From an uncultured Desulfosarcina sp. (lineage in GTDB: Bacteria > Desulfobacterota > Desulfobacteria > Desulfobacterales > Desulfosarcinaceae): DNA of 64,000 nt. Positions 31,976 to 41,616 of this stretch are shown here, piece by piece. A model generated the notes under the pieces. It did not search any database. It was not told the origin of the DNA and saw only the letters and a list, made by a program, of their open reading frames with translations. Location of the stretch: positions 3,040,001 through 3,104,000 of the forward strand of contig CAXXWQ010000004.1 of assembly GCA_963674945.2 (NCBI GenBank), in the 5' to 3' direction. The translations under genes and the position numbers were made by a program. Position 1 is the stretch's first letter; every line of letters starts with the position of its first letter.

Positions 31976-32770
31976 TTAGTCCAAATAGTCAGGCGATTGC
32001 GGAAGCGAAGATATTTGATCGAAATCATGGGAAATGATCAGTTTTGCTCCTTTCTCAGCAATGAACTTTTCAATCACGTCCATGGACTTCAGCGTCTGCT
32101 TTCGGTCATGATTAATGCGAGGTACCCTCCTGTGGGTTCTTTGTTCCGCAAAGTGATAAAGATCTCCCGAAATTACGACAGGCCCCATTTTTGGCAAATT
32201 TACAAAAAGTACGCGATGACCGGGGGAATGCCCGGGGGCAGGGACAGTCAGGACCAGACCATCGCCAAATATGTCATATATGCCTGTCATTTTTATCGTG
32301 TGACTCTCCGCGAGTCTATTGTAGTAATGAAAAAAAGGTGATTCTTTGGCATTGTCATTGAAAACGGATGAATATTCTGTCCCGTCTATGAGAAAGGTTG
32401 CGTCGGCAAACAGGTTTGCGTTCCCGATATGGTCATAATGCATATGCGAAAAGGTTACGTACTCAATGTCCTTAGGTGTAATCTCAATTTCTTCGAGCAG
32501 CGAAACCAAGGTTTTTTGTACACTAAAATTCAGGTCCCCGTTAAGTACATCTAAGCCGCCAGGCTCCTTTACCAGATCATCAGGGAGTCCGGTATCCCAA
32601 AGCAGCCATCCTTTGGGATGCCGAATCAGAATGCAGGTTATGGAAAGCTTCTTCTTTCGATTTTTGTAGATGTCGGATTCTGCTTCCGCAAAAACCTCCA
32701 GGTTGTTTGCCGTACATAGTCCGCCTTGAAGAATATACATTCTGCAGTTTGTATTTTCTGTTGTACTCAT
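31976..32770 (-). CDS. Metallo-beta-lactamase-fold lactonase (N-acyl homoserine lactonase AiiA/AttM family)
   Basis: LLWDTG, SHMHYDHIG (HxHxDH), PGHSPGH, SGDLYH, ISHD. Confidence 0.85.
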   Translation of the reverse strand: MSTTENTNCRMYILQGGLCTANNLEVFAEAESDIYKNRKKKLSITCILIRHPKGWLLWDTGLPDDLVKEPGGLDVLNGDLNFSVQKTLVSLLEEIEITPKDIEYVTFSHMHYDHIGNANLFADATFLIDGTEYSSVFNDNAKESPFFHYYNRLAESHTIKMTGIYDIFGDGLVLTVPAPGHSPGHRVLFVNLPKMGPVVISGDLYHFAEQRTHRRVPRINHDRKQTLKSMDVIEKFIAEKGAKLIISHDFDQISSLPQSPDYLD

Positions 32771-32787
32771 AAATCAATCCTAAGTCA

Positions 32788-33570
32788 TCATCTATCTTTA
32801 AATTCAGGCTTTCTTTTTTCCATAAACGCGGCCACTCCTTCTGCTTTGTCTTCCGTCTCGCATAATTCTCCCCAAATTTCTCTTTCAAGCTTCATCGATT
32901 CGTCAAAATCAAGCTTTACACCTTCAGTGATGACTTTAATCGTTGCCTTAACAACAACCCGACTTTTTGTTGCGATGGTTTTCGCCAATGACATGGCTGC
33001 GTCCATGACTTCGCCCCCGGGCACAATGCGATTCACGACGCCATATTCCGCTGCCTGTTTGGCGGAAATGAAGTCTCCGGAAAGAATTAATTCCATAGCC
33101 CTGGCTTTGCCCAATTGACGGGCCCCCCGTTGGGTGCCGCCATATCCCGGTATCACACCCAGCTTGATTTCCGGCTGTCCAAATTGTGCATTCTCGTCTG
33201 CCAGGCGCATATGGCAGGCCAATGCGAATTCCATTCCTCCTCCCAGGCAATACCCTTGAATTGCGGCAATGAAGGGCTTGTCCGCATTCTCAATCGTCTG
33301 GGTTATTTTCTGGCCCTTTGTCAGATAATTGATCGCGGCTTCTTTCTTGTTCAAATTGACAAATTCACTGATGTCGGCGCCCGCAATAAAAGCACGTTTG
33401 CCGGCACCGGTGAATACCACAACCCTTACGGATTCATCTGCCAGCGCTTCATTGACCGTCGCCTCTATATCATCGATCACAACTGTGCTTAACGCGTTTA
33501 CGGGCGGGTTGTCTACGGTCATCACGGCGACGCCGTCACTCACGGAATAGGTGCATTTTCGATCTGCCAT
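32788..33570 (-). CDS. Enoyl-CoA hydratase/isomerase (crotonase)
   Basis: AFIAGADI, GGGMEFALACH, GQPEIKLGVIPGYGGTQR with both catalytic Glu; start at ATG 33570 behind AGGAGG. Confidence 0.92.
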   Translation of the reverse strand: MADRKCTYSVSDGVAVMTVDNPPVNALSTVVIDDIEATVNEALADESVRVVVFTGAGKRAFIAGADISEFVNLNKKEAAINYLTKGQKITQTIENADKPFIAAIQGYCLGGGMEFALACHMRLADENAQFGQPEIKLGVIPGYGGTQRGARQLGKARAMELILSGDFISAKQAAEYGVVNRIVPGGEVMDAAMSLAKTIATKSRVVVKATIKVITEGVKLDFDESMKLEREIWGELCETEDKAEGVAAFMEKRKPEFKDR

Positions 33571-33660
33571 CTGGTACCTCCTGATTCGGGTTATAACGTT
33601 GAAAAGATGATAACGTGGGTTGTTTTCAGAAACGTGAATTGCAAATCCCGATGAAATTAA

Positions 33661-33676
33661 TGCAAATTTCAAACCA
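33661..33676 (-). promoter_or_regulatory. Sigma-54 promoter for the crotonase-lactonase-SDR operon
   Basis: TGGTTTGAAATTTGCA on the minus strand (GG-N10-GC). Confidence 0.6.
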
Positions 33677-33863
33677 TGCATCGCAAGCGTGTCCGGTATG
33701 ATAGGAAATACACAGCGCTGTTTCCCGTATAAATGTCGGTTTGCAAGCAAATGGGCAATATTATCAAAGCTGATGTTAGAGACGGAAATGCAGACTGCTC
33801 CATCGGTATTGAAAATGCGAGGGCATGGCCACGCTTCAAAAAGATGCATACAAAACAATGGGT

Positions 33864-33971
33864 GATGCACAGACGCACCATAATTGTAAGCGGCACCCTG
33901 GCCTTGATGTCCATTGGTTTATTGCCGCCTGTAAATGCTTTTTAAATTCTAAATAGCTGATTGTGTGCACC
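33864..33971. promoter_or_regulatory. Pair of GGTGCA-N4-TGCACC-type palindromic sites
   Basis: GATGCACAGACGCACC (33864-33879) and GCTGATTGTGTGCACC (33956-33971). Confidence 0.65.
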
Positions 33972-34044
33972 GGATTATCACATTATTTTTTTTAAAATGC
34001 TGGTTGCATATGCAACACATTGTAAATATAAATCATTCGGATAT

Positions 34045-34060
34045 AGGCATGTAATTTGCG
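34045..34060 (+). promoter_or_regulatory. Sigma-54 promoter for the qmoC-like/CoA-transferase unit
   Basis: AGGCATGTAATTTGCG; nearly identical to the GRE2 promoter AGGCATCTAATTTGCA. Confidence 0.7.
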
Positions 34061-34319
34061 AAAAAAGAACTGTCGTCCATCCAGAAATGATAGGTTTGCA
34101 CGAAATCTGATTTGCGCGAAAAACATTATCCTTGCAATATCAGGCACATGTATTCAACGGCACTTGCTATGGGTGCTTGTGGAAGAATTTTTCGCGTACA
34201 TTCCGCCCTGATTCTCAACGGGAGATCTCGACCAAATTTTCTTCTTTCTGGACGGGCACAAGTTTGTGAATATACCTTTCGAAGCATAAGCGCAAACCTA
34301 ATTTACGGAGATTGTCCAG

Positions 34320-35492
34320 ATGACTGACCGCGTATTCATCGACCCGGATTTACAATTCATAGAAGGCATTATTCAAGGTGGTGGTGAAGATCTGAAAAAG
34401 TGCTTTCAATGCGCTACTTGTACAGTCGTATGCCCGCTTTCGCCGGATGGGGCCCCGTTTCCGCGCAAAGAAATGATCACCGCGCAATGGGGCATCAAGG
34501 ACAAGCTGTTACACAGTATGGATCCCTGGCTCTGTTTTCATTGCGGAGATTGCTCCGAGATGTGCCCCAGGGGAGCGAAACCTGGCGATGTAATGGCTGC
34601 GATTCGAAATATGATTATCGCAAATGTTTCCGTGCCGTCATTTATCGGAAAAGCGACACAATCACCAGTTGGTGCGCTGGCACTATTGCTGGTTCCCATT
34701 ATACTCTTGGCGGCCGTGATAGCTGGGATACATGGTGGAGACCTCAGTTTTTTCGGAAAGACGCCCATCGACTTTTCAAAGAATATGATACCTCAGCTCG
34801 CCATCGAGTTAATCTTCATTCCAACTGCCATGTTTGCAGTAGTTACAGCGATTTTGGGGGTTCGGAACTTGATTGGTGGATTTAAAAAGGAATACCCTCC
34901 AAATGGTAACGGAGTACCAATCGTTCCGTCGCTGGTCGGAGCAATGAAAGATGTTTTCTCACATGGCAAATTCAAAGAGTGTGGCCCGAATCAGGAACGA
35001 TACGTAGCACATCTTATGCTGTTTTATGCATTTATCGGATTGTTGCTGACGACACTCGGTGTGACCTTGATCTATTACATCAATTTGTTTTCTGTCCAAA
35101 AAGGATACGCCCCGCCGTTAACACCGACGCCGCTGCCTTTCCTTCACCCGATAAAAATATTGGGGAATCTCAGCGCATTGGCCGCACTTTCGGGAATCGG
35201 CGGGATCGTGGTCAGGCGACTTTTCAGTGACGTAATCGGCAAAACCGTCGCCTTTGACTGGATTTTTATCGGTGATGTTCTTTTGATAATTCTCACCGGT
35301 ATTCTCGCACAGGTTGCGCGTATGGCAGACATGCCAATCGCTTATTTCATCTATTTCAGCCATCTTGTCTTTGTATTTTTTCTGTTTGCATACGCCCCTC
35401 ATTCAAAATTCGGTCACATGTTTTACAGGACTGCGGCATTGGTTTACGCCCGATATTCGGGACGGGATAAAAGCTTGGGTGGTAAGATTTGA
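34320..35492 (+). CDS. QmoC-like membrane protein (2x[4Fe-4S] domain plus cytochrome b-type membrane domain)
   Basis: LKKCFQCATCTVVCP, PFPRKEM..AQWG, WLCFHCGDCSEMCPRGAKPGDV, about six TM helices with His ligands (HLMLFY, HLVFVF, SKFGHMFYR). Confidence 0.85.
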   Translation: MTDRVFIDPDLQFIEGIIQGGGEDLKKCFQCATCTVVCPLSPDGAPFPRKEMITAQWGIKDKLLHSMDPWLCFHCGDCSEMCPRGAKPGDVMAAIRNMIIANVSVPSFIGKATQSPVGALALLLVPIILLAAVIAGIHGGDLSFFGKTPIDFSKNMIPQLAIELIFIPTAMFAVVTAILGVRNLIGGFKKEYPPNGNGVPIVPSLVGAMKDVFSHGKFKECGPNQERYVAHLMLFYAFIGLLLTTLGVTLIYYINLFSVQKGYAPPLTPTPLPFLHPIKILGNLSALAALSGIGGIVVRRLFSDVIGKTVAFDWIFIGDVLLIILTGILAQVARMADMPIAYFIYFSHLVFVFFLFAYAPHSKFGHMFYRTAALVYARYSGRDKSLGGKI

Positions 35493-35662
35493 CAATCAAA
35501 AAATGCAAACGGTAGGGTCTCTTGATCAATTTTTTTCCATATTACGATCGTTCGGCAATCTGATGTTGTACATTTTTGAATTTGGGTTGACAGATTATTT
35601 GGGTTTGGATAATTTTTAGTGACAATAATAACCTCTTATCATTTAAAGGAAAATTACAAATT

Positions 35663-36877
35663 ATGATGCCTTTGGAAGGAATACGGGTGTTGGATTTGAC
35701 GACATTGGGACCGGGTAATTTTACCACGATGTATATGGGGGATATGGGAGCGGAAGTCATCGTTATCGGCCCGCCGCCTAAAAGTAGTGCGCGTGTCAGT
35801 GCCAGTTCCTACGCCACAGGCAAAGACAGCGACACCTACCACTGGAGCATGGCGAATGCCATCAGAGTACTCGTCGAGTCTCTGAACCGCAACAAGAAAA
35901 GCCTCACGCTAAACCTGAAGGCAGAAGAAGGCCATGATATTTTCTGTGAACTGGCGAAACAGTCCGATGTTGTCGTAGACGGCTTCAGGCCTGGGGTGAC
36001 CAAGCGCCTGGGGATCGACTATGAATCTTTGAGCAAAATAAATCCGAAAATTATCTATGTCTCCATGTCGGGATATGGGACAGACGGCCCATACCGCGAC
36101 CTTCCCGGCCATGATATCAACTACTCGGCGCTCGGAGGGGGAATCGATATGGTTGGACAAAAAGATGGCCCACCGGCGATCCCGATGAACCTCTTTGCCG
36201 ACTGGGCGACTTCCATGAATGCGGTTATCGGTGTTTTAACCGCTCTTGCCGCAAGAGAAAAAACAGGTCGCGGACAGTTTGTCGAAACGGCCTTTCTGGA
36301 CACCGTGATAGGAATGCTCAATCCCTACCACTTCGACTATCTGAATTACGGAACGATCTATAAGCGCGGCGACAATTTTTACAATGGCGCAAATCCCTTC
36401 TACGATGTCTATGAGACCAAGGACGGTAAATACTTCACCATCGGCTGCAACGAACCTGGTTTTTGGGCAAACCTGTGCCGGGTACTGGGTAGAGAGGATT
36501 TGATCGAAGAACAATTCACACAAGGCGAAAAGAAACAGGAAATTATTACCTGGTTGAAAGAGACCTTTCTCACCAAGACAAGAGATGCGTGGTTCGAAGA
36601 GTTAAAAGACAAGAACGTCCCCATTGGAAAAGTATACAGCAGCGATGAGGTCTTCACCGACCCTCACGTCACCGCGCGCGACATGGTTCAGGAAATCGAC
36701 AACCCCAAAGGTGGCAAGATGAAATATATCAAGCTTCCGTTTAAGCTGTCCGACTCTCGCGGGAAAATCACCAGTCCGTCACCTGAAATCGGTCAGCATA
36801 CGGAAGATATTCTCACCAATATGCTCAATTTATCCAAAGAGAATATTGATAAGCTAAGGGAGAGTAATATTATTTGA
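35663..36877 (+). CDS. CaiB/BaiF family III CoA-transferase
   Basis: PLEGIRVLDLT, NRNKKSLTLNLK, FRPGV, GHDINY, catalytic AD, GRGQFV. Confidence 0.92.
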   Translation: MMPLEGIRVLDLTTLGPGNFTTMYMGDMGAEVIVIGPPPKSSARVSASSYATGKDSDTYHWSMANAIRVLVESLNRNKKSLTLNLKAEEGHDIFCELAKQSDVVVDGFRPGVTKRLGIDYESLSKINPKIIYVSMSGYGTDGPYRDLPGHDINYSALGGGIDMVGQKDGPPAIPMNLFADWATSMNAVIGVLTALAAREKTGRGQFVETAFLDTVIGMLNPYHFDYLNYGTIYKRGDNFYNGANPFYDVYETKDGKYFTIGCNEPGFWANLCRVLGREDLIEEQFTQGEKKQEIITWLKETFLTKTRDAWFEELKDKNVPIGKVYSSDEVFTDPHVTARDMVQEIDNPKGGKMKYIKLPFKLSDSRGKITSPSPEIGQHTEDILTNMLNLSKENIDKLRESNII

Positions 36878-36911
36878 TAAATACGAGTTTATAAGAAATA
36901 ATAAGAAATAA

Positions 36912-36948
36912 AAAAAATCGGGGACTTTCAAGAAGCCCCCGATTTTTT
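36912..36948. terminator. Bidirectional terminator between convergent genes
   Basis: aaaaaatcgggg...ccccgatttttt inverted repeat. Confidence 0.8.
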
Positions 36949-36958
36949 ATGGCAAAAT

Positions 36959-38614
36959 CTATTGGAAACGTTTACGCAGTTCGCGCCTCATGATCTTCCC
37001 GCTCACGGTCTTGGGCAGTTCGGAGACAAACTCAATTTCCCTTGGATAAATATGCGCAGCATATGCGCTTTTGACTTGTTTTTGAATTTCTTCGGCCAGT
37101 GTGGGGGAAGGTTCAAAGCCGGCTTTCAGAACAACGAAAGCCATTACAATCTCGGTCCTGAGCGGATCCGGCTTTCCTACTGCCGCGACCTCTGCGACGG
37201 AGGGATGTTTCATTACCGCTGCTTCCACCTCGGCCGGACCGATTCGATAGCCGGAGCTCGAGATGACATCGTCATCTCTTCCGCGATAGAAGAAATATCC
37301 ATCCTCATCCACAGCCGCCATATCATTGGTGTTATACCACTTTTCTTTGACGAAGCAGTTCTGCCATTTTTCCGGTTCCCCCAGGTAACCGCTGGCAAGG
37401 AAAAAGTCGTTCTTCTCGACCATGATGATTCCGGTTTCTCCTTGTGGGACCTCATTGCCATCCTCGTCCATGACTTTAACATTGAACCCCGGTATTGGCC
37501 GGCCCATGGAACCCTGCTTGTCGAGCATGAAGGGGTAGTTGCCAAGAACCATCCCGATCTCGGTCAATCCATATTGGTCAGATATGCTGGCGCCAAATTT
37601 TTCTTTAAACCAACTGCTTACTTTGGGATCAAGATACTCACCGGCTGCAGTATAACGCCAGGTTTTCATCTTATCCTTATATTTATCCGCCAACTCATCG
37701 CCGGCGGCCATAACCATGCGGAAAAGGGTAGGCGCCGCGGCGAAGTTGGTAACCTCATATTTATCCATGAGTTGGTACCAATTCTCGGCATCCATCCGTC
37801 CACCGTAAATAAGCAGCGAACCCCCCCCGATCAAAACAGAGGTTCCGGTTGTGAACAAGGCATAAATCCAGCCCGGATCGGCAAACCCCCAAAACATGTC
37901 ATTTCCCTGGAGATTGAGGGAATACATGCAATAGGGGAGCATGAACATGGCACCCTTCTGGTTAATCATGGCGCCTTTCGGTTTTCCGGTGGTACCCGAC
38001 GTGTAGTGCACCAAAAGCAGATCTTCTGCTTTCATCTTTTCCGTATCAAATTGCCTTGAGCAGTTTGAAAGCTCCTTCCAGTAATCATAGTCTCCGTCTT
38101 GAAGCCCCTCACCATTCGGCCCTGGAACAACGACAATCTTTACACCCGGCAGACCTCCGGAAATCTTGTCTACCTTGGGTCTGTTATCCGCATCGGTGAT
38201 CAAAACCTTCACTTCGGATCTCTTTGCCCGATACTCCAAGGCTTCAGGCCCATAGGCGGTAAAAACAGGAACATCAATTGCTCCGGCTTTCCAGTTTCCA
38301 AGAAATGTGTTGTAGTTTTCGATGCTTCGCGGCAACATTCTGGCAACACTGTCACCCTTTTTGACTCCCAGCTTTCGAAGCATGTTAGCATGCTGAGACG
38401 TCAAATTTTTCATATCCCGAAAGGTGTATTTCTCTTCTTTGCCTTCTGCAGATATGTAAAATATGGCAACTTTCTTTGGATCATCGGCATGTCTATCGAT
38501 CGCCTCATGGGTGATGTTGAAATATCCGTTTTTCGGCCAATCGAGATATTCTTTCATGCATTGGTCCCAAGAGAAGTCTCGATATACTTTTTCATATTCA
38601 AGTGATGTGTTCAT
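36959..38614 (-). CDS. AMP-forming acyl-CoA synthetase (short/medium-chain family)
   Basis: YTSGTTGKPKG, ADPGW, YGLTE, GRDDDVISSSGYRIGPAEVE, LPKTVSGKIMR; start at ATG 38614. Confidence 0.92.
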   Translation of the reverse strand: MNTSLEYEKVYRDFSWDQCMKEYLDWPKNGYFNITHEAIDRHADDPKKVAIFYISAEGKEEKYTFRDMKNLTSQHANMLRKLGVKKGDSVARMLPRSIENYNTFLGNWKAGAIDVPVFTAYGPEALEYRAKRSEVKVLITDADNRPKVDKISGGLPGVKIVVVPGPNGEGLQDGDYDYWKELSNCSRQFDTEKMKAEDLLLVHYTSGTTGKPKGAMINQKGAMFMLPYCMYSLNLQGNDMFWGFADPGWIYALFTTGTSVLIGGGSLLIYGGRMDAENWYQLMDKYEVTNFAAAPTLFRMVMAAGDELADKYKDKMKTWRYTAAGEYLDPKVSSWFKEKFGASISDQYGLTEIGMVLGNYPFMLDKQGSMGRPIPGFNVKVMDEDGNEVPQGETGIIMVEKNDFFLASGYLGEPEKWQNCFVKEKWYNTNDMAAVDEDGYFFYRGRDDDVISSSGYRIGPAEVEAAVMKHPSVAEVAAVGKPDPLRTEIVMAFVVLKAGFEPSPTLAEEIQKQVKSAYAAHIYPREIEFVSELPKTVSGKIMRRELRKRFQ

Positions 38615-38655
38615 GGCAACTACAATCCCCCTCTCCACAGATATTGATAATACAG

Positions 38656-38988
38656 TTATTCAGCAGTCGTCTCTCTGGCCCTTTTCTCCAAAAGAGCCTT
38701 TTTACAAACGGCCTCGGCAGGCTGGTAACTACCCGACCCGAAATCCCACCAGGTTTTCACATCCGTAAATCCCAGTTTTACCGCTTTGTTGATTACCGCC
38801 TCGGCGATAGAGGCATCTTCCGAGTAAGGTGTCAACTCGCTCCAAATACTGTCTCCCGATGCATCGATGAATCGTTCCGTATCCCCCATAACCTCATCCG
38901 AGACGACTTCATGGCCCATTACTTCTCTGGCCACCAATATATTCAATTCCCTTCCGGGTTCCATTTTCAGTATTCTATCTTGATCCAT
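38656..38988 (-). CDS. Small 110-aa protein, tandem copy 2; resembles the BC1872/phage ABA-sandwich family
   Basis: PGRELNILVAREVMG...PYSED...AEAVCKKALL; same length as and closely related to 39092-39424. Confidence 0.7.
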   Translation of the reverse strand: MDQDRILKMEPGRELNILVAREVMGHEVVSDEVMGDTERFIDASGDSIWSELTPYSEDASIAEAVINKAVKLGFTDVKTWWDFGSGSYQPAEAVCKKALLEKRARETTAE

Positions 38989-39091
38989 TATGGTCTTTCT
39001 TCGAAGAGAAAAACCATGGTATACGTTTTCGGATTTACCCTGCCCGTTCATAGAAACGAAATCCTTTTTTGTAACTATTCTTGATATCCTA

Positions 39092-39424
39092 CTACGTATC
39101 CTTTTCGTTGGTCATTATCTCCAAAAGAGCCTTTTTACAAACGGCCTCGGCAGGCTGGTAACTACCCGATCCGAAATCCCACCAGGTTTTGACATCTTTG
39201 AATCCCAACTTTACCGCTTTATTGATTACCGCCTCGGCAGCGGCAACATCCTCGGAGTAGGGTGTCAACTCGCTCCAGATGCTGTCTCCTTCGCTATCGA
39301 GAAAGCGTTCCGTATCTCCCATTACTTCATCCACGGCAACCTCGTGGCCCATCACTTCTTTGGCCACCATGAGGTTCAACTCCCTTCCGGGTTTCATGTT
39401 GAGTATTTTGTCTTCGGCCATCAT
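39092..39424 (-). CDS. Small 110-aa protein, tandem copy 1; resembles the BC1872/phage ABA-sandwich family
   Basis: PGRELNLMVAKEVMG...PYSED...AEAVCKKALL; overlaps the stop of the upstream gene. Confidence 0.7.
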   Translation of the reverse strand: MMAEDKILNMKPGRELNLMVAKEVMGHEVAVDEVMGDTERFLDSEGDSIWSELTPYSEDVAAAEAVINKAVKLGFKDVKTWWDFGSGSYQPAEAVCKKALLEIMTNEKDT

Positions 39425-40056
39425 TACCTTCCTTCGGAGCGAGCCCGTATCGTATCGTTGGCATCCTCCAATGATTTAAAACCATATTGTTTCATAGAGG
39501 CCAGCATGATTATTTCCGAGCCATTCTTATTTTCCTTACGCAATTTTTGTACATGTGTCAAATAGTGTTTAAGTGTAAGGGTTGAATAGCTTTTTAACTC
39601 CCCCTTGAGATAAGTTTCCAGCGAGGTCACGCCAGGCATGTCTTCCTTGCTAAAAAGAGGTCTGCCTCTCGCTATGATATAAGGGTACTTTTTTGTCAGT
39701 TCTACTTCCCATTCCATGACGATGGGTACGATCTGTTCGATAATGGCAGTCGCCTCCGTATCGATCTTAGGTAAAAGAGGGGCGATGTTCGCATATTCGG
39801 CAGGTGATGTCGATTCCATCATATGGCCGTATTTTTCAGAAAGCAAATTTCTGCCCGCGTTTTCTGCCTCAATGAGATCTTGCTGATAGCTTGCGAGGGT
39901 TTCTTTGGACCAGCTCGACGCCTGGCTGGATCGCATAATGCGAAAGGTACTATAGTCGTCCTGGCAGGTGGCGCGTGCACCAACATTTTTAACCTCCTGG
40001 AACATCTTCCATTCCCGCTGGAGGATATCTTCTATCAATTCTTCTTTTTTTTCCAT
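39424..40056 (-). CDS. DUF4125 family protein
   Basis: EWKMFQEVKNVGARATCQDD..TFRIMRSSQ, GRNLLSEKYGHMM, TSLETYLKGEL. Confidence 0.82.
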   Translation of the reverse strand: MEKKEELIEDILQREWKMFQEVKNVGARATCQDDYSTFRIMRSSQASSWSKETLASYQQDLIEAENAGRNLLSEKYGHMMESTSPAEYANIAPLLPKIDTEATAIIEQIVPIVMEWEVELTKKYPYIIARGRPLFSKEDMPGVTSLETYLKGELKSYSTLTLKHYLTHVQKLRKENKNGSEIIMLASMKQYGFKSLEDANDTIRARSEGR

Positions 40057-40068
40057 GATATCTTCCTT

Positions 40069-40995
40069 TCAATTGATTATGGTAAAACGTTTCCCTAATG
40101 TTTCATCGCTAATGCGGCTATGAACACTATGGGCATGTTCCAGAAGGAAATCGGAGGAGGAGTCGCTCAATCCTTGATTCTTCAACTCTTTTATGAGAAC
40201 GGCACAGGCATTTTCGATGATATGCGGTTTCTCCTTCATATCGGTGGGCTGGATCAAATCGGCTATCAGCCCATGTGCCCATTCGCCCAAAAGCGATAAC
40301 TCTTTCACTCCACGGTGCAGCCACTTATAATATGGCGCATATTGTTTGTTGAGCAGGTAAATCAGGGATATGGTATCGGTACAAAACTGCGATAGCGAAG
40401 CAAAAGCAGAAAAAGTCTCCCCTCTTTTAAGCGAACGCGGCAGGTTGTACTGCCCGGATTGCGCAATGGTGGCACAACGGGAGGCGATCTTTTTGAGGCG
40501 CACATCCTCCGGGTAAAATGCCAGCAATTCTTTCCGCCAGCGCGTGAATTCGCCCATCGGATCAGAAAAAACGCGTCCGTTGGTGCACATGGCAAGGGAT
40601 GCGTCGGGAATTCTCATCCACTGGGCAATTTCACACGGAACATGGCGCAGCCCGGTATAGGTGGCATAAAAAAGCGCCGTGGGACAGGCCCCGACCCGGA
40701 AATCCTCGCCCGGGCTGGCGATGCGCGGGCCATACCCCTTGAAACGTTTGGGTAAGGATTCATAGGCCTTTTGAATCGATTTGCCATGATCGCGATAATC
40801 GTCGTACGTCAACCAGATGCAAAATGCCGGTCCCCAATCATGATCGCGTGAGAGTTCATCATCGAAGCCAAAACACTCCGAACCGGCACCGGCGAATCCC
40901 ACGGCCAAACGGTCCACCAGTTCGCCGAATCGATCCGCGAGCATCGGTTTACCAATCTGTTCATAGTATTCCTGCGCCAGTTCCAGACCTTTCAT
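40069..40995 (-). CDS. DUF4037 protein with a Pol-beta-like nucleotidyltransferase signature
   Basis: MKGLELAQEYY, GAGSECFGFDDELSRDHDWGP (GS...DxD), TNGRVF.D, GQYN..R, APYYKW. Confidence 0.82.
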   Translation of the reverse strand: MKGLELAQEYYEQIGKPMLADRFGELVDRLAVGFAGAGSECFGFDDELSRDHDWGPAFCIWLTYDDYRDHGKSIQKAYESLPKRFKGYGPRIASPGEDFRVGACPTALFYATYTGLRHVPCEIAQWMRIPDASLAMCTNGRVFSDPMGEFTRWRKELLAFYPEDVRLKKIASRCATIAQSGQYNLPRSLKRGETFSAFASLSQFCTDTISLIYLLNKQYAPYYKWLHRGVKELSLLGEWAHGLIADLIQPTDMKEKPHIIENACAVLIKELKNQGLSDSSSDFLLEHAHSVHSRISDETLGKRFTIIN

Positions 40996-41558
40996 TGAGG
41001 CGCTTTTCCCATGGCTGATATCAGGTTTTGAAGATTATGCGTGGTGACGTCGATGCGCCGACGATCACCTGATTCTTCATAGAGGGGAAGAGCCTTGTGA
41101 TACAAATTGATCGCCTCTTCCATATCACCTCGTCTCGTATGAACATAAGCCATATTGGTATATTGATCGGCGATGCCAAGTTTATGATCGAGGTCTTCAT
41201 ATAAGGGCAGCGCCTCGAAATAGGCCTCCATGGCTTTTTCATATAGTTCCATATTGCGATAGGTGGAACCGATGTTACCCCACATCTCGGCCATTTGAAG
41301 CTTCTTGCCCAACCGCCCAAACAATTCCAGCGCTTTAAGAAAATGTACCAGCGCATCCTCGTTTCGGCCCATCCCGGACTGAATCAGCCCCACATTGTTC
41401 AGCGTCTTTGCCTGACCGTAGTAATCTTGCAGTACGGCAAACGTATCAGCGTTTTTTAAATAGAGCGTCAACGCTTTTTGGTGATCACCGGCCAACAGAC
41501 ACTTGTCCGCTTCAATATTGATCTGGGCTGATTCGCCCGGCTGGTCTTTTTTCGTCAT
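40992..41558 (-). CDS. Tetratricopeptide repeat protein
   Basis: Roughly 40-aa helical repeats (TLNNVG..., MWGNIG..Y, QYTNMA..H) with A...F/Y..AL pattern; start uncertain. Confidence 0.85.
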   Translation of the reverse strand: MTKKDQPGESAQINIEADKCLLAGDHQKALTLYLKNADTFAVLQDYYGQAKTLNNVGLIQSGMGRNEDALVHFLKALELFGRLGKKLQMAEMWGNIGSTYRNMELYEKAMEAYFEALPLYEDLDHKLGIADQYTNMAYVHTRRGDMEEAINLYHKALPLYEESGDRRRIDVTTHNLQNLISAMGKAPQ

Positions 41559-41616
41559 CGCTGATTTACGGTCTCTTCCATGTCTTCTTCTGTTACCGTT
41601 TTTTGCCGATAGGGTG

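Noticed and set aside
33571..34319. N-terminal extension of the crotonase to 33870 and small ORFs 33733-33945 and 34112-34327
   Set aside because: A strong SD precedes ATG 33570, and the region is occupied by divergent promoters and binding sites.
38656..39424. Prophage remnant suggested by the ABA-sandwich-like genes
   Set aside because: No other phage genes; the pair is translationally coupled within a metabolic operon.
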